NCBI GenBank assembly: GCA_963754875.1
Contig: CAVWHO010000022.1
Span: forward strand, 1-64,000
Direction of reading: 5' to 3'
From: Nitrospirota bacterium
GTDB lineage: Bacteria; Nitrospirota; UBA9217
Length of the DNA: 64,000 bases
A model generated the notes under the pieces. The model was not told where the DNA came from and did not search any database. It worked only from the letters and a program-made list of their open reading frames with translations. Below are positions 35,175 to 44,530 of this stretch, one piece after another. A program made the translations under genes and the position numbers. Positions within the stretch are counted from its first letter, which is position 1. Each line of letters opens with the position of its first letter.

Positions 35175-37756
35175 CAATTTCAGAAATCATTACAGAGCTT
35201 GAATCTTTCACATCTCCCCCTCCTGAGAAGATCAACTACAAAAAGGGTCCCGACGCTCGTATCGTGATCAATGAGGTTCTCGAGATTCCGGAAAGGACTG
35301 CTAAATTCGGCAATCTTAACGATGAGGCAATAGTATCGATCATCGATTACATTCTCAATATGTTCATGATTCCCCTAAACCTTCGGGGTGCACACCTGAC
35401 AGAGCCTTGTACGGAATATATGCTCAGGCGAGCGTTCGAAAAGGTCAAAGATAAGCATTCTAAATCATCGTCCAAAAACCGCGAAATCAACGAAGTTGAG
35501 ACGATATTCAAGGCAGTGGTTAAACAATGGTTTCAGTGCCTTCGACAATCGAAAATAATAAAAATTAAAACCCCGCCGAGGATCAAGGCAGCCCTTCCCC
35601 TATCCTTTCACTTAACCGCTTACGAGGAATCAACAAGAGAGTACAACTGGAAAAAAACCGGGTCAACGCGTAAGCTTGAGCCTCGTTTATACGAGGCTTT
35701 TGCATATAATTTTCACCTCAGGATTATGAACAAAGTGCCTCAACAGGGTAGAGACGCAACGAAACTGCTCTATGAACGCCTGCCGCGTTATGCGTTTTTG
35801 TATGCGTCAATGGAAATGCGAGAGAACGCACACAGGATCGATGAACACCCGAAGGAACTGGTCAAAGATTGGCTTACCAATTTTCACAAATCGGGAGAGG
35901 GAGAGGAGGCAAAGATCGCTTCTACCGCCTCGATAGGATACGCCAAGCTGTGGCCATTATTTTGGAATATGACCACCATCAAAGCCCGAAGTTACTATGT
36001 GCGCCGCGCTTCAGTTCATGATGGACTGCCGGAGACGGTAGAGAGCCCGGATGGCTCTGCCGATGAGCGAAAAAGTAAAGGCGTGGAGATATCTCATGTA
36101 CTCCAGGGTCTCGTGGACGATGAAGCTGACGACATCAGCCCCTATGAGCCTCCACTTGAGGCATCTCCCGATTATTATGGCACTGCAGACAAGATAGGTG
36201 ACATTGCAACAGGGAAGAGTAAGGCGCTGCCGGAGGGAGCCGCCGACTTTATCCATTCCCGGAATGTCTCCGCCTTTTGGGACTTTGACGTTCTGAGCCT
36301 GTACCATTACGCTTTCTTATATGAAGCCATAGAAAAAGCCAAATCAAGCGAGAAGGAAGAGGCAAGGGCGCTCGTTCTATACTTTCTCATCCTTATTCAT
36401 ACCGGGATCGATCCGCGTGATTTGCAGGACCTTATGGTCTTGGGGAAATATTCGACAGATTGGAGCCTCGACCTTACCCAAATTGGCAACCAGTACTATA
36501 TCCTGATCCCCAGCATGGTAAAACTTAAAAGTTTGCCTGCTCATGCGGATACTTACTCGACCGCTAAAAAAGTGCATGTCCCGGTTCCTCCCGCGATTGC
36601 GGAACTGATTCCACAGCGTCCCGCCGACAAATTATATATCTTTAGCTTCAAAGATAATCAAAATAGACTTACGCGTCTCAGCAATGATCAAATCCTCCCC
36701 CTTTTACAGCAGATCAACGATGACTATGGACTCGCCGTAAAGGATTGCCAGCACGGGCTCAATATTACGCTCGAGTGTATTGCCACCTCCTTTTACTCCT
36801 TGTATTGCGATCTTTTTGGATTTGATCCCTACATGGCCTGCCATATAAGCAAGCGTGACCACAAAACAAGGTACGGCGCAAAGCTTCACTACGTACACAT
36901 CCCCCATGCGATGCTCGAAAAACAATATTTAAAAACTTTTGACGAAGTAGATTTCCAGATCAGATTACATATGTTCAACAGCATGCAGAGCGGGACCATA
37001 AGATGGAAGGGTGCCACGCTTCCCCAAAAAAGAACCTCTCCCTTCTCTGCCAATGTCCTCGATGGATACGGATCCTGTGTTGTCTCCAAATTACCCTATG
37101 TGAAGGATCACATCGAGAAGCTTAGGGATGGCGTTATCAATGAAAGAGATCGTATCAAGAGACATAACCTTTTTAGCGTATACCTCTATCTGGCGTTCCA
37201 GTTCGCGACTACATTAAGGCCGCACGAGGATCCCCAGCTGTACTGGGTGCAGTATAATCGCAATGCCGGCGTTGTCACGATCTCCGATAAGCAAAGCGGG
37301 AAATATAACGAGCAGCGGACATTAGTCCTCCCGCAACTGATCCGGAACCTGTTGAATGGCATGCAGGATGGTTGGAGTGAAACACATCGATACATAATGA
37401 TAAATCGTTGCCTGTCTTATCAAAACGAGAAAACAGAGCAGATATTCTTTTCTATAAGCGACGACGGCACCTTTGTGGACTTTACGTATGACAATATGCG
37501 CAATGCATTTAAGGCGGTTGGTCTCGAGTTTACTGATGCAATGAATATGCCTCGGCATTATACGAGAAACTATTTATATCATAACAATGTCAGCCACGAG
37601 ATAGCGGACATTTTAATGGGGCATCAGAGCGCCGGCAGGGAAGTTTTTAACCTCGTATCGACGACAAGTCTAGCCCGTGCCGCGTCGGTTTACCTTCCCG
37701 TTCTTGATAAAATGCTTGATGAGCTCGGTTTCACCCAAGTGGAGTATCTGCCCTGA
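35171..37756 (+). CDS. Large (861 aa) tyrosine-recombinase-like protein, catalytic set incomplete
   Basis: C-terminal FATTLRP, ISDKQ, NMPRH, ILMGHQ; no obvious Tyr nucleophile after GH (REVFN). Confidence 0.7.
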   Translation: MTISEIITELESFTSPPPEKINYKKGPDARIVINEVLEIPERTAKFGNLNDEAIVSIIDYILNMFMIPLNLRGAHLTEPCTEYMLRRAFEKVKDKHSKSSSKNREINEVETIFKAVVKQWFQCLRQSKIIKIKTPPRIKAALPLSFHLTAYEESTREYNWKKTGSTRKLEPRLYEAFAYNFHLRIMNKVPQQGRDATKLLYERLPRYAFLYASMEMRENAHRIDEHPKELVKDWLTNFHKSGEGEEAKIASTASIGYAKLWPLFWNMTTIKARSYYVRRASVHDGLPETVESPDGSADERKSKGVEISHVLQGLVDDEADDISPYEPPLEASPDYYGTADKIGDIATGKSKALPEGAADFIHSRNVSAFWDFDVLSLYHYAFLYEAIEKAKSSEKEEARALVLYFLILIHTGIDPRDLQDLMVLGKYSTDWSLDLTQIGNQYYILIPSMVKLKSLPAHADTYSTAKKVHVPVPPAIAELIPQRPADKLYIFSFKDNQNRLTRLSNDQILPLLQQINDDYGLAVKDCQHGLNITLECIATSFYSLYCDLFGFDPYMACHISKRDHKTRYGAKLHYVHIPHAMLEKQYLKTFDEVDFQIRLHMFNSMQSGTIRWKGATLPQKRTSPFSANVLDGYGSCVVSKLPYVKDHIEKLRDGVINERDRIKRHNLFSVYLYLAFQFATTLRPHEDPQLYWVQYNRNAGVVTISDKQSGKYNEQRTLVLPQLIRNLLNGMQDGWSETHRYIMINRCLSYQNEKTEQIFFSISDDGTFVDFTYDNMRNAFKAVGLEFTDAMNMPRHYTRNYLYHNNVSHEIADILMGHQSAGREVFNLVSTTSLARAASVYLPVLDKMLDELGFTQVEYLP

Positions 37757-40377
37757 TGAGCCTTGCACCTGAGAAGATAGAAGACATCGAAACGACATCG
37801 CGGTCTATATTATTCGCGGAGTCTACCGCGGACAAAGAAATCACGCTTCATGTCCAAACCATTGTCCTCAGGCAACTGATCGATATGATGACTAGTATTG
37901 GCAGCACGACGTTTTCTGATCAGGACGTTCGGAAAATATCGAGGAATCTTGCGGCGGGTAAAAGTGCCTCCTACCAGACGTATATCAAGTGGAAAACCTT
38001 CAATTTCTTGGCGGATAAACTGAACAAACGAAAAATTATCAAGTGTCCGATTATAGAAATACCCAACAAACAGAGACGCTTCTTGCTTTTTACTCCTGCA
38101 GACAACACACTTCGAAATCTTACGTATATCCAGGGGCTGCATGATTATCTTTTGAGATTCAACGAGTACAAGGCGGATCCAGTCTCTTATTGCAAGTTGC
38201 AAAAAGACACACCTCCGAATATGGCACTTGCCCAATACCTATGGGAGGATTTTAGTAGGACCGCTCCGGCCGACAAACAACTCAAGCAATTTGAAAACGC
38301 TCAAAAAAGAACTAGATGGCGGCAAAACCTCAAAGACAGGGAACTGGAGTATCTCTTCTCATTCATAGCGGCAGCCGCGATATTCGGGAAAGTTCTTTTT
38401 GACGAATATTACAAGTGGCTTTTGCAGCTAAATCCTGACGATATTCATCTGACTCCCTGCTACATAAATAGGACCTATCAAAACACCAATGCTATCCGAC
38501 GATATTTTCTGCCCGCTCCGGCCGCAGCATACCTTATGCGTTGCATGGGCTTTTACAAAAGAAACCGGAACAAGATGCAGAATATCGAGGGCAATGAGGG
38601 GCACTATTGGGTCGCCAACCCTGATGAAATCCTCGATAACTTCGGTAAAAAATTCAAAAAGTGGACCGCATCCAAACTTAAAGACCTGAACTGCGAAGGA
38701 CTCACGCCGACCGATTTCAGGCTTGCGGTCATCGCGTCCTCTCAGTTGGATCTGATGGATGGTCATGCAAGCCACAACAGCTATCCGCCCTTCATTCTTT
38801 CCATCCAGTCGGATCAGATTGACTCGCATGCCTACGGCAATCTTCATTTTCCCTACTTTATGGGAGTGACCCCGGATAGGATCGACTATAAAGACCGGTC
38901 AGCTTTTGACAGGAGGGCCTATGAGTTTCGAAAATCGGAACTTGCAACGGTGATCGCGGAAATCACTCCATTGAGAAGATCATTAATGGAGCTCGGCATG
39001 CACTACACGGATAGAAGAAAGCAGATCCTTACCAATATATATGCTGTTCTTGAGAGGCATAGACAAAAGCTGGATGCCGGAGATACCAGGAACCTTGAAC
39101 TTTTCATTTCATGGTTTAGCAACATGGTTCTCTACGATGATGATGAATTCAGCTCCATGAATACCTATGCAGGGCAAGTTCCGAGTTTGCTTTACAGAAT
39201 GATAGGAATAGGTGCATTGGATGAATTGTCGGCACCTGATCTTATTCAGGTCATTCGACAAACCATGTTCGAATATGACTCCCCGGGGATTAAAAACGCA
39301 TTGTCAAACTTCTGCAATTACCATGGGAGTATAGTTGGTGCGCCGTTCTCCGAGATTGACTGGACCTCCAAGACTCTTAGCAAAGAAAAGGTAAAATCCA
39401 TGAAATCGTTCGTGCGATTTGATCAATTAGACCAGGCAGTTGATCTGGCCGAGGATTTCTATTGCGCATACGCCCACAGATTGAGGAAAAAGAAGGGGAC
39501 GAAAGATAAAATTGAAGCCGCAAAGCACAAGGCCCGGGTCATCGAGCTTGCAATTCAGTTGGCGTATTACACCGGCATGAGGGTCAGCGAAATCATGAGA
39601 ATACGGTTACGTCACATAAAGAATGGCAAATTCCTGACGATCTATAAGACCAAGACTGATAATGGAAAAAGAAATATCCCATTTTACATCCTGCTCCCCT
39701 CTTCGGTATCCAGTGATTTTGTCTCTTATTATCAGCAGAGAAAAAATGAAGTAGAGACCCTGGATGAGCTCTTATTTGTTCAAAAAAACGGGAAGAAGTG
39801 GAATTCAAGCCAGATTTCTCGGGACGTGGCACGATTATTTTCTGTCGTTGGTGTGCGGAACTTTCATTTCCACCACCTCAGGCACTCGGCTGCGAATATT
39901 TACCTGTTCCGGTTCCTGGAAGCATATTATCCCGATCTAATACCTAGAAATGCTCCAATCTTGAGCCACGAGCTCTTTGGCGAGCATAAGCTAAAAATGC
40001 TAAAATTTATGATAAACGGCGTGGGCGATCAGAGAACCGGAGAGGATGTCGTAGATTTTGCCCTTCATACTCTTGCCCGCCTAATGGGTCACGGGGGGCC
40101 TCAGGTGACCATTCAGGAATATGTTCACTGCTCTGATATTATTTTTTATCTGATGTCTCTTCGACATAATAATGAGAAGGTTCCTTATTCAATTCGGCAA
40201 GCGATGGATTTTTTGCAATGCACGTATAAGCAGCTCCCCCCAGACATTGATCACTATGTGGATGATGGAAAGATAACGCTGGCGCATGTTTTGAATTATC
40301 AACACGACTCTTTAAAGAGAACTCATGGTAACTGCCGCCAATCTTTGTCTTCCCTGATTTCGTCACGCCAAGTATAG
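37756..40377 (+). CDS. Large (873 aa) tyrosine recombinase/integrase
   Basis: YTGMRVSEI, KTDNGKR, FHHLRHSAA, LMGHGGPQVTIQEYVH (complete R-K-H-R-H-Y); TGATG overlap with the upstream gene. Confidence 0.88.
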   Translation: MSLAPEKIEDIETTSRSILFAESTADKEITLHVQTIVLRQLIDMMTSIGSTTFSDQDVRKISRNLAAGKSASYQTYIKWKTFNFLADKLNKRKIIKCPIIEIPNKQRRFLLFTPADNTLRNLTYIQGLHDYLLRFNEYKADPVSYCKLQKDTPPNMALAQYLWEDFSRTAPADKQLKQFENAQKRTRWRQNLKDRELEYLFSFIAAAAIFGKVLFDEYYKWLLQLNPDDIHLTPCYINRTYQNTNAIRRYFLPAPAAAYLMRCMGFYKRNRNKMQNIEGNEGHYWVANPDEILDNFGKKFKKWTASKLKDLNCEGLTPTDFRLAVIASSQLDLMDGHASHNSYPPFILSIQSDQIDSHAYGNLHFPYFMGVTPDRIDYKDRSAFDRRAYEFRKSELATVIAEITPLRRSLMELGMHYTDRRKQILTNIYAVLERHRQKLDAGDTRNLELFISWFSNMVLYDDDEFSSMNTYAGQVPSLLYRMIGIGALDELSAPDLIQVIRQTMFEYDSPGIKNALSNFCNYHGSIVGAPFSEIDWTSKTLSKEKVKSMKSFVRFDQLDQAVDLAEDFYCAYAHRLRKKKGTKDKIEAAKHKARVIELAIQLAYYTGMRVSEIMRIRLRHIKNGKFLTIYKTKTDNGKRNIPFYILLPSSVSSDFVSYYQQRKNEVETLDELLFVQKNGKKWNSSQISRDVARLFSVVGVRNFHFHHLRHSAANIYLFRFLEAYYPDLIPRNAPILSHELFGEHKLKMLKFMINGVGDQRTGEDVVDFALHTLARLMGHGGPQVTIQEYVHCSDIIFYLMSLRHNNEKVPYSIRQAMDFLQCTYKQLPPDIDHYVDDGKITLAHVLNYQHDSLKRTHGNCRQSLSSLISSRQV

Positions 40378-40449
40378 TGCGGGCTAAATAACAAGGCACG
40401 GGAAAACCAGAGCTTCTGTTTTACAACGATGTCAGGTAATTATAAGTAA

Positions 40450-40566
40450 CGCCTATTCCGACACGTTCGGACACTAATTCCGAGCCTTGTCGGACACGCA
40501 GTAAGATAAAGTTCGAACACTGAATGCGCTGAATCTCGGACACTCAGCATGAACACCCTCGGACAT
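40450..40566 (+). repeat. TCGGACAC array with exact 23-bp period (IS21-end-like or recombinase-binding array)
   Basis: Copies at 40467, 40490, 40513 (TCGAACAC), 40536 and 40559 (TCGGACAT), preceded by CGCCTATTCCG. Confidence 0.8.
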
Positions 40567-40798
40567 TAAGTCCAAGACATCAATAGTTCCAAAGGAAAGA
40601 GTTACTTCTCGCCGTCGTCGTTATTACCAGTAACACCTACTACTATTGGGGTTTCGAAAAATGAGAACTCTATCGAATACCGGTAGAAACATAGTATGTC
40701 AGCAGAATGACAGAACTCACGATAGCCGCCTTGTCGAGCGTAGTCAGCGGACGGCAACAACACCTCAGCTTTCCATCGTCGTCGGCGTTGTGGCGAGA

Positions 40799-40976
40799 TG
40801 ATCTGTGTGGATCAACCCATTAAGCGACCCCAACCCATAAGGGAAAAACGCTTTATCTATGCGGTCTTCCATGCACAACATACTATTACGACGCATCTCG
40901 TTTTTTGACACTTTTTTCACCGATCATAGGTGTACTTGATGGCCTATTAAATCAGTGATTAAAACGCAAGTCAAGC
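40799..40976. repeat. Rhs-cassette junction repeat, copy A (empty: IHTDHL stub only)
   Basis: TGATCTGTGTGGATCA + TAAGGGAAAAACGC...TTACGAC...TTTTGACACTTTT...ATCATAGGTGTA...CAAGTCAAGC. Confidence 0.85.
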
Positions 40977-40995
40977 AGTCTGATGATATTTGCAC

Positions 40996-41023
40996 TTGAC
41001 TCAGAGCTGAAATTAGCTATAAT
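40996..41023 (+). promoter_or_regulatory. Sigma70-like promoter of the XRE/PIN operon
   Basis: TTGACT-16 bp-TATAAT. Confidence 0.6.
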
Positions 41024-41083
41024 ACCTTAAAAGGTACTAATAATATCTTATCAGGTATTCATAATTGGAAGGAGGTGTTTTCA

Positions 41084-41578
41084 ATGTCATTCGGGAAAAA
41101 CGTGGCGCGGTTCAGAAAAGAGAAAGGCTTGACCCAGGAGGATCTGGTTAAAAAGAGCGGAGTGGCGATCTCGCAGATCAGAAGGTACGAGGCAGACAAG
41201 TCCTCGCCTACCCTCGACGTGATCACTAAGTTGGCCAAGGCCCTGGGCGTTTCCATCGACGAGCTGGTGTTCGACAAGACTTCCGGGATCGCTGCAGGCA
41301 AGCTCATGGACCGGGAGCTTCTGGAGCAGTTTGAGATGGTGTCCGCGTTGAATGAGGATGAACGTCTGGCGGTTAAAAAAATACTAGAGGGGATTATCGT
41401 GAAACATCAGGTTGAGAAGATGATGAGGCCCGCAGTGGAGAAGTCCTGGTCGCAGCGGTTCCGGGAGATCACGGACAAGCTCGCGAAGGGCGCGAAGGGG
41501 TATTCACAGAAGGAGATCGACAAGGTGATCGATGAGGCGGTGGCTGCGGTCAGGACAAAAGAGCATGCCCACACCTAA
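41084..41578 (+). CDS. XRE-family HTH regulator with antitoxin-like C-terminal extension
   Basis: FGKNVARFRKEKGLTQEDL...QIRRYEADKSSPTLD...LAKALGVSIDELV; overlaps the PIN gene. Confidence 0.85.
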   Translation: MSFGKNVARFRKEKGLTQEDLVKKSGVAISQIRRYEADKSSPTLDVITKLAKALGVSIDELVFDKTSGIAAGKLMDRELLEQFEMVSALNEDERLAVKKILEGIIVKHQVEKMMRPAVEKSWSQRFREITDKLAKGAKGYSQKEIDKVIDEAVAAVRTKEHAHT

Positions 41579-42002
41579 GCTGAAGGCGGTTATCGATACG
41601 AGCGTGATGGTGAGCGTGGCCTTTGCCAGGGAAGGACTGACCAGAGAGATGCGGGACATGATCGCGGACGGGGCCTTTACGCTCGTTACGTCGAAGGCGA
41701 TCATGGCCGAGCTCTACCGCGTGCTACACTACCCTCACATTCAAAAACGGTTCAAGCCGTCGGAAGACGACATCAACGAGTTTATCGGCATGGTCATCGA
41801 GCGCTCGCTGATCACCAAGGGCCGCTACAGCCTCAAGAAGATCGCGGATGATCCGTCGGACGATATGTTCCTCGCCTGCGCGCTCGAAGCGAAGGCGGAC
41901 TTCATCGTCTCCCGCGATCCGCATATCAGGAACTTGAAGCAGTTCCACGGCGTGAAGATCATCGATGTGAAGGCATTCATGGAAAAGGCGAGGATGAAGT
42001 AG
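41565..42002 (+). CDS. PIN-family putative toxin
   Basis: AVIDTSVMVS...DDPSDDMFLACALEAKADFIVSRD. Confidence 0.88.
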   Translation: MPTPKLKAVIDTSVMVSVAFAREGLTREMRDMIADGAFTLVTSKAIMAELYRVLHYPHIQKRFKPSEDDINEFIGMVIERSLITKGRYSLKKIADDPSDDMFLACALEAKADFIVSRDPHIRNLKQFHGVKIIDVKAFMEKARMK

Positions 42003-42051
42003 AGCCTTCCGAAGCGGGCCGGTCAGTTCAATTCAATTTTATTTTACCCGT

Positions 42052-43182
42052 TTATTTTTTCTGAGATTTTATATTTTCTATCGCCGATTCTAGTAACTTT
42101 ACCATCCGCATTTTATCATCTTGCAGTTTCTTTTCAAATTCGTCCTTCCTCGAGCTATTTTTTAACCACGGATACGAGGTAGGAAGTACTTTTGCTGCAG
42201 CCAATGCAAGCGAGAGCTCCTTTAACGTCTTTTGCGTATCGCCTTTACCATCATAAGCACTCGCCACTGCTCCCCGAATATAAACTTCGGTTAAAGGTTC
42301 AATGTTCTTCTCAGTAATTAGAGAACTATAGAATTTTATTGCTCGCTCGAAATCGCCTGAATCTTTATAGCAGGAATTCAACATAGGAAAATAATAGGAA
42401 AAGTTAACAGAGGGGTCTAGCTTGATGACACTCTCATAAATGACTACTGATTTTCTGCAATCCGGCTTTATCTTAGCATATACTCGAGCAAGGTTTTCCA
42501 ACGATTCCCTGTCATCATGATAATTCTGAACTCGTCTTTCTAACCAATCGGCATAAGCTTTATCCTGGCTTTCCACCGAAGGTTCGTTTGTAGGAGTAAG
42601 GCCTTGAATGAACCAATCGACATCAGCTGCTTTATCAAGGACAGCAATTTGCGCAGATCGATCGATGGCCTGAAACACCATCGACACTGATATTACTGTC
42701 CGCGATTTAAGGCAAGCAATTCTTTTTTTAATAAGGTTCTGCGTAGCATCATGCACTTTGTCCCATGAAGATTCTTTGAAAGATACGATGATGGAATACT
42801 TCTCGCTGCCGTTGAACAGTGTTTTGTTAACGCAAACAGCAGCGATGTCGTTTCTATCGAAAGCGGGTTTCTTAGATATGAGGTAGGTTTTACCACTTTT
42901 GTCCGATACTGATTCAAATAACGATAAGGACTGTTTCTCAATATTCTCGTCGGCGACAGATGCAAACGAAAAATCAATATTGGCTCCGCCATAACAGTTC
43001 CTTATTAGTGTTTTTTCCCGAGCCGCATCTTCTTTGATGAGCTCAATAAGTTTTACGGGGTCAAATGGAGTACCATCTGTACGCGCGTTCTTTTGTGCGA
43101 TTTGATCCGAAGTTGTGCAGCTAATTATATTCACAAAAAAGAAAATAAAAAGCATTGTCTTCATTACTCTTGATCGTGTCAT
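42052..43182 (-). CDS. Predicted lipoprotein (SecD/F P1-like segment plus TPR-like helices); candidate immunity for cassette B
   Basis: Lipobox-like IISC; DIAAV...IIVSFKE...ATQNLIKKRIA; C-terminal LARVYA...GDFERAIKFY. Directly downstream of the tip. Confidence 0.55.
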   Translation of the reverse strand: MTRSRVMKTMLFIFFFVNIISCTTSDQIAQKNARTDGTPFDPVKLIELIKEDAAREKTLIRNCYGGANIDFSFASVADENIEKQSLSLFESVSDKSGKTYLISKKPAFDRNDIAAVCVNKTLFNGSEKYSIIVSFKESSWDKVHDATQNLIKKRIACLKSRTVISVSMVFQAIDRSAQIAVLDKAADVDWFIQGLTPTNEPSVESQDKAYADWLERRVQNYHDDRESLENLARVYAKIKPDCRKSVVIYESVIKLDPSVNFSYYFPMLNSCYKDSGDFERAIKFYSSLITEKNIEPLTEVYIRGAVASAYDGKGDTQKTLKELSLALAAAKVLPTSYPWLKNSSRKDEFEKKLQDDKMRMVKLLESAIENIKSQKK

Positions 43183-43247
43183 TGTTTATTCACCCCTTAT
43201 TTCCTAGGTCCTGACGTCATTCTGATCCTTCCAAGAGCAACATACTC

Positions 43248-43829
43248 TTATAAGTGACATGAGCAATTTCCAGATAGTGTGTATGGCCCATATGCTAAAA
43301 TGTTAGGATCTAGATTGCCAGATGTCCATGCCGATACGGAAATAAATTTGAGTGGTACTTTTGATATATACACACCATAGTCACCGCTTTTGCCGCACTC
43401 AAGCGTTGATTTTATATTATTAACGGCGTTTATAACTTGACCACCTACCTTCGTAGCAAGCATAAAATCGCCAAACGCTTCCAGGTTTTCTATTAAGCTT
43501 CCAAGATCTGGTCCTTCAGTCAATCCTAAAGGATCCATACGTCTGATCGGATTATTTCCCACGTACGGGAAAAGACTATTCATTCCTCCAATCAACCCCA
43601 TCGGATCAGACTCTATGTATCTCCCGATCACCGGATTATAGTCCCTGTAATAATTATAATTCAGCCCCGTCTCAACATCGTAATACTGTCCAGGGAAGCG
43701 GAGATTGTTTGTGATGGTATTGGTGGTGATGTTGACTTCACCGAACGGTTTGTAATCCGCAGCCCAGACAACAACCCCAGAAGAGTCCGTCATCTTCTGC
43801 GGAGTACCTAAATGATCTGTGTGGATCAT
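43248..43829 (-). CDS. Orphan Rhs core-end plus toxin tip, cassette B
   Basis: MIHTDHLGTPQKMTD...NLRFPGQYYDVETGLNYNYYRDYNP...PYVGNNPIRRMDPLGL plus a ~90-aa unique tip. Confidence 0.88.
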   Translation of the reverse strand: MIHTDHLGTPQKMTDSSGVVVWAADYKPFGEVNITTNTITNNLRFPGQYYDVETGLNYNYYRDYNPVIGRYIESDPMGLIGGMNSLFPYVGNNPIRRMDPLGLTEGPDLGSLIENLEAFGDFMLATKVGGQVINAVNNIKSTLECGKSGDYGVYISKVPLKFISVSAWTSGNLDPNILAYGPYTLSGNCSCHL

Positions 43830-43987
43830 CCCATACCGCGACTTCAGCGCATAAGGGAAAAACGCTGTATCTATGCGGTCTTGCGAGCATAACATCCTCT
43901 TACGCCACGCCCCGTTTTCTGACACTTTTCTTGCATATCATAAGTGTAGTTGGCCCATTTAATCATTGATTACAGAGCAAGTCAAGC
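43813..43987. repeat. Rhs-cassette junction repeat, copy B
   Basis: Same core site and conserved blocks as copy A. Confidence 0.85.
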
Positions 43988-43999
43988 GATTATCAATAA

Positions 44000-44191
44000 G
44001 TGAGCGTTATCTGTCGCAGCGTGTCGACTCATGAGTTGGTGGGATTGGAGATCGGTGATAGCGGAAATAAAGAAACCCGCCTCTGGCGGCGGTTCAGCCA
44101 GGTGGAAAAGCTGCCGCCGCCGAAGCGTAAGCAGATCGTGCAGATTCTCGATGCCTTCCTGGGAAGTGAGAAGGCGAAGAAGGTTGGATAA
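44000..44191 (+). pseudogene. C-terminal remnant of an XRE regulator
   Basis: VSTHELVG...RLWRRFSQVEKLPPPKRKQIVQILDAFL; further decayed copies at ~45395-45497 and ~57686-57783. Confidence 0.65.
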
Positions 44192-44204
44192 GATACCATG
44201 CCAC

Positions 44205-44495
44205 CTATGGTCGATTTTTATCCTGATTAAACGGTTTATAAAAATAGGTGTAAAGAATAGCAATGATGATAGAAGCTATCATTGTCCGATAGATCCATTT
44301 TAATTGCGAGTCCTCTTGTTCAGTTAAATAAACGATCGTACCATGAATATTCAGAGGATAGGTTCTTTGAATGTCAGCCTGTGGCTGCCCAGGCCGCGTG
44401 TACGCGTAATGATAGTTTAAATATACATATAACCCCAGGGATACAAATATCACTGTCACAATTACGAACGCTATAGCTTTTTTGTACTTTCTCAT
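44205..44495 (-). CDS. Two-TM candidate immunity protein, cassette C
   Basis: Small AT-rich membrane protein directly downstream of the tip. Confidence 0.6.
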   Translation of the reverse strand: MRKYKKAIAFVIVTVIFVSLGLYVYLNYHYAYTRPGQPQADIQRTYPLNIHGTIVYLTEQEDSQLKWIYRTMIASIIIAILYTYFYKPFNQDKNRP

Positions 44496-44530
44496 GGGAA
44501 AACTCCATTGACGCAGTTTCACGAAGTTTA

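Noticed and set aside
40450..40566. CRISPR array
   Set aside because: The 8-bp repeats and 15-bp spacers are too short, and there are no cas genes.
33480..40800. tRNA target or flanking direct repeats for the giant-recombinase island
   Set aside because: No tRNA or convincing attL/attR pair could be found by eye; the boundaries remain undefined.
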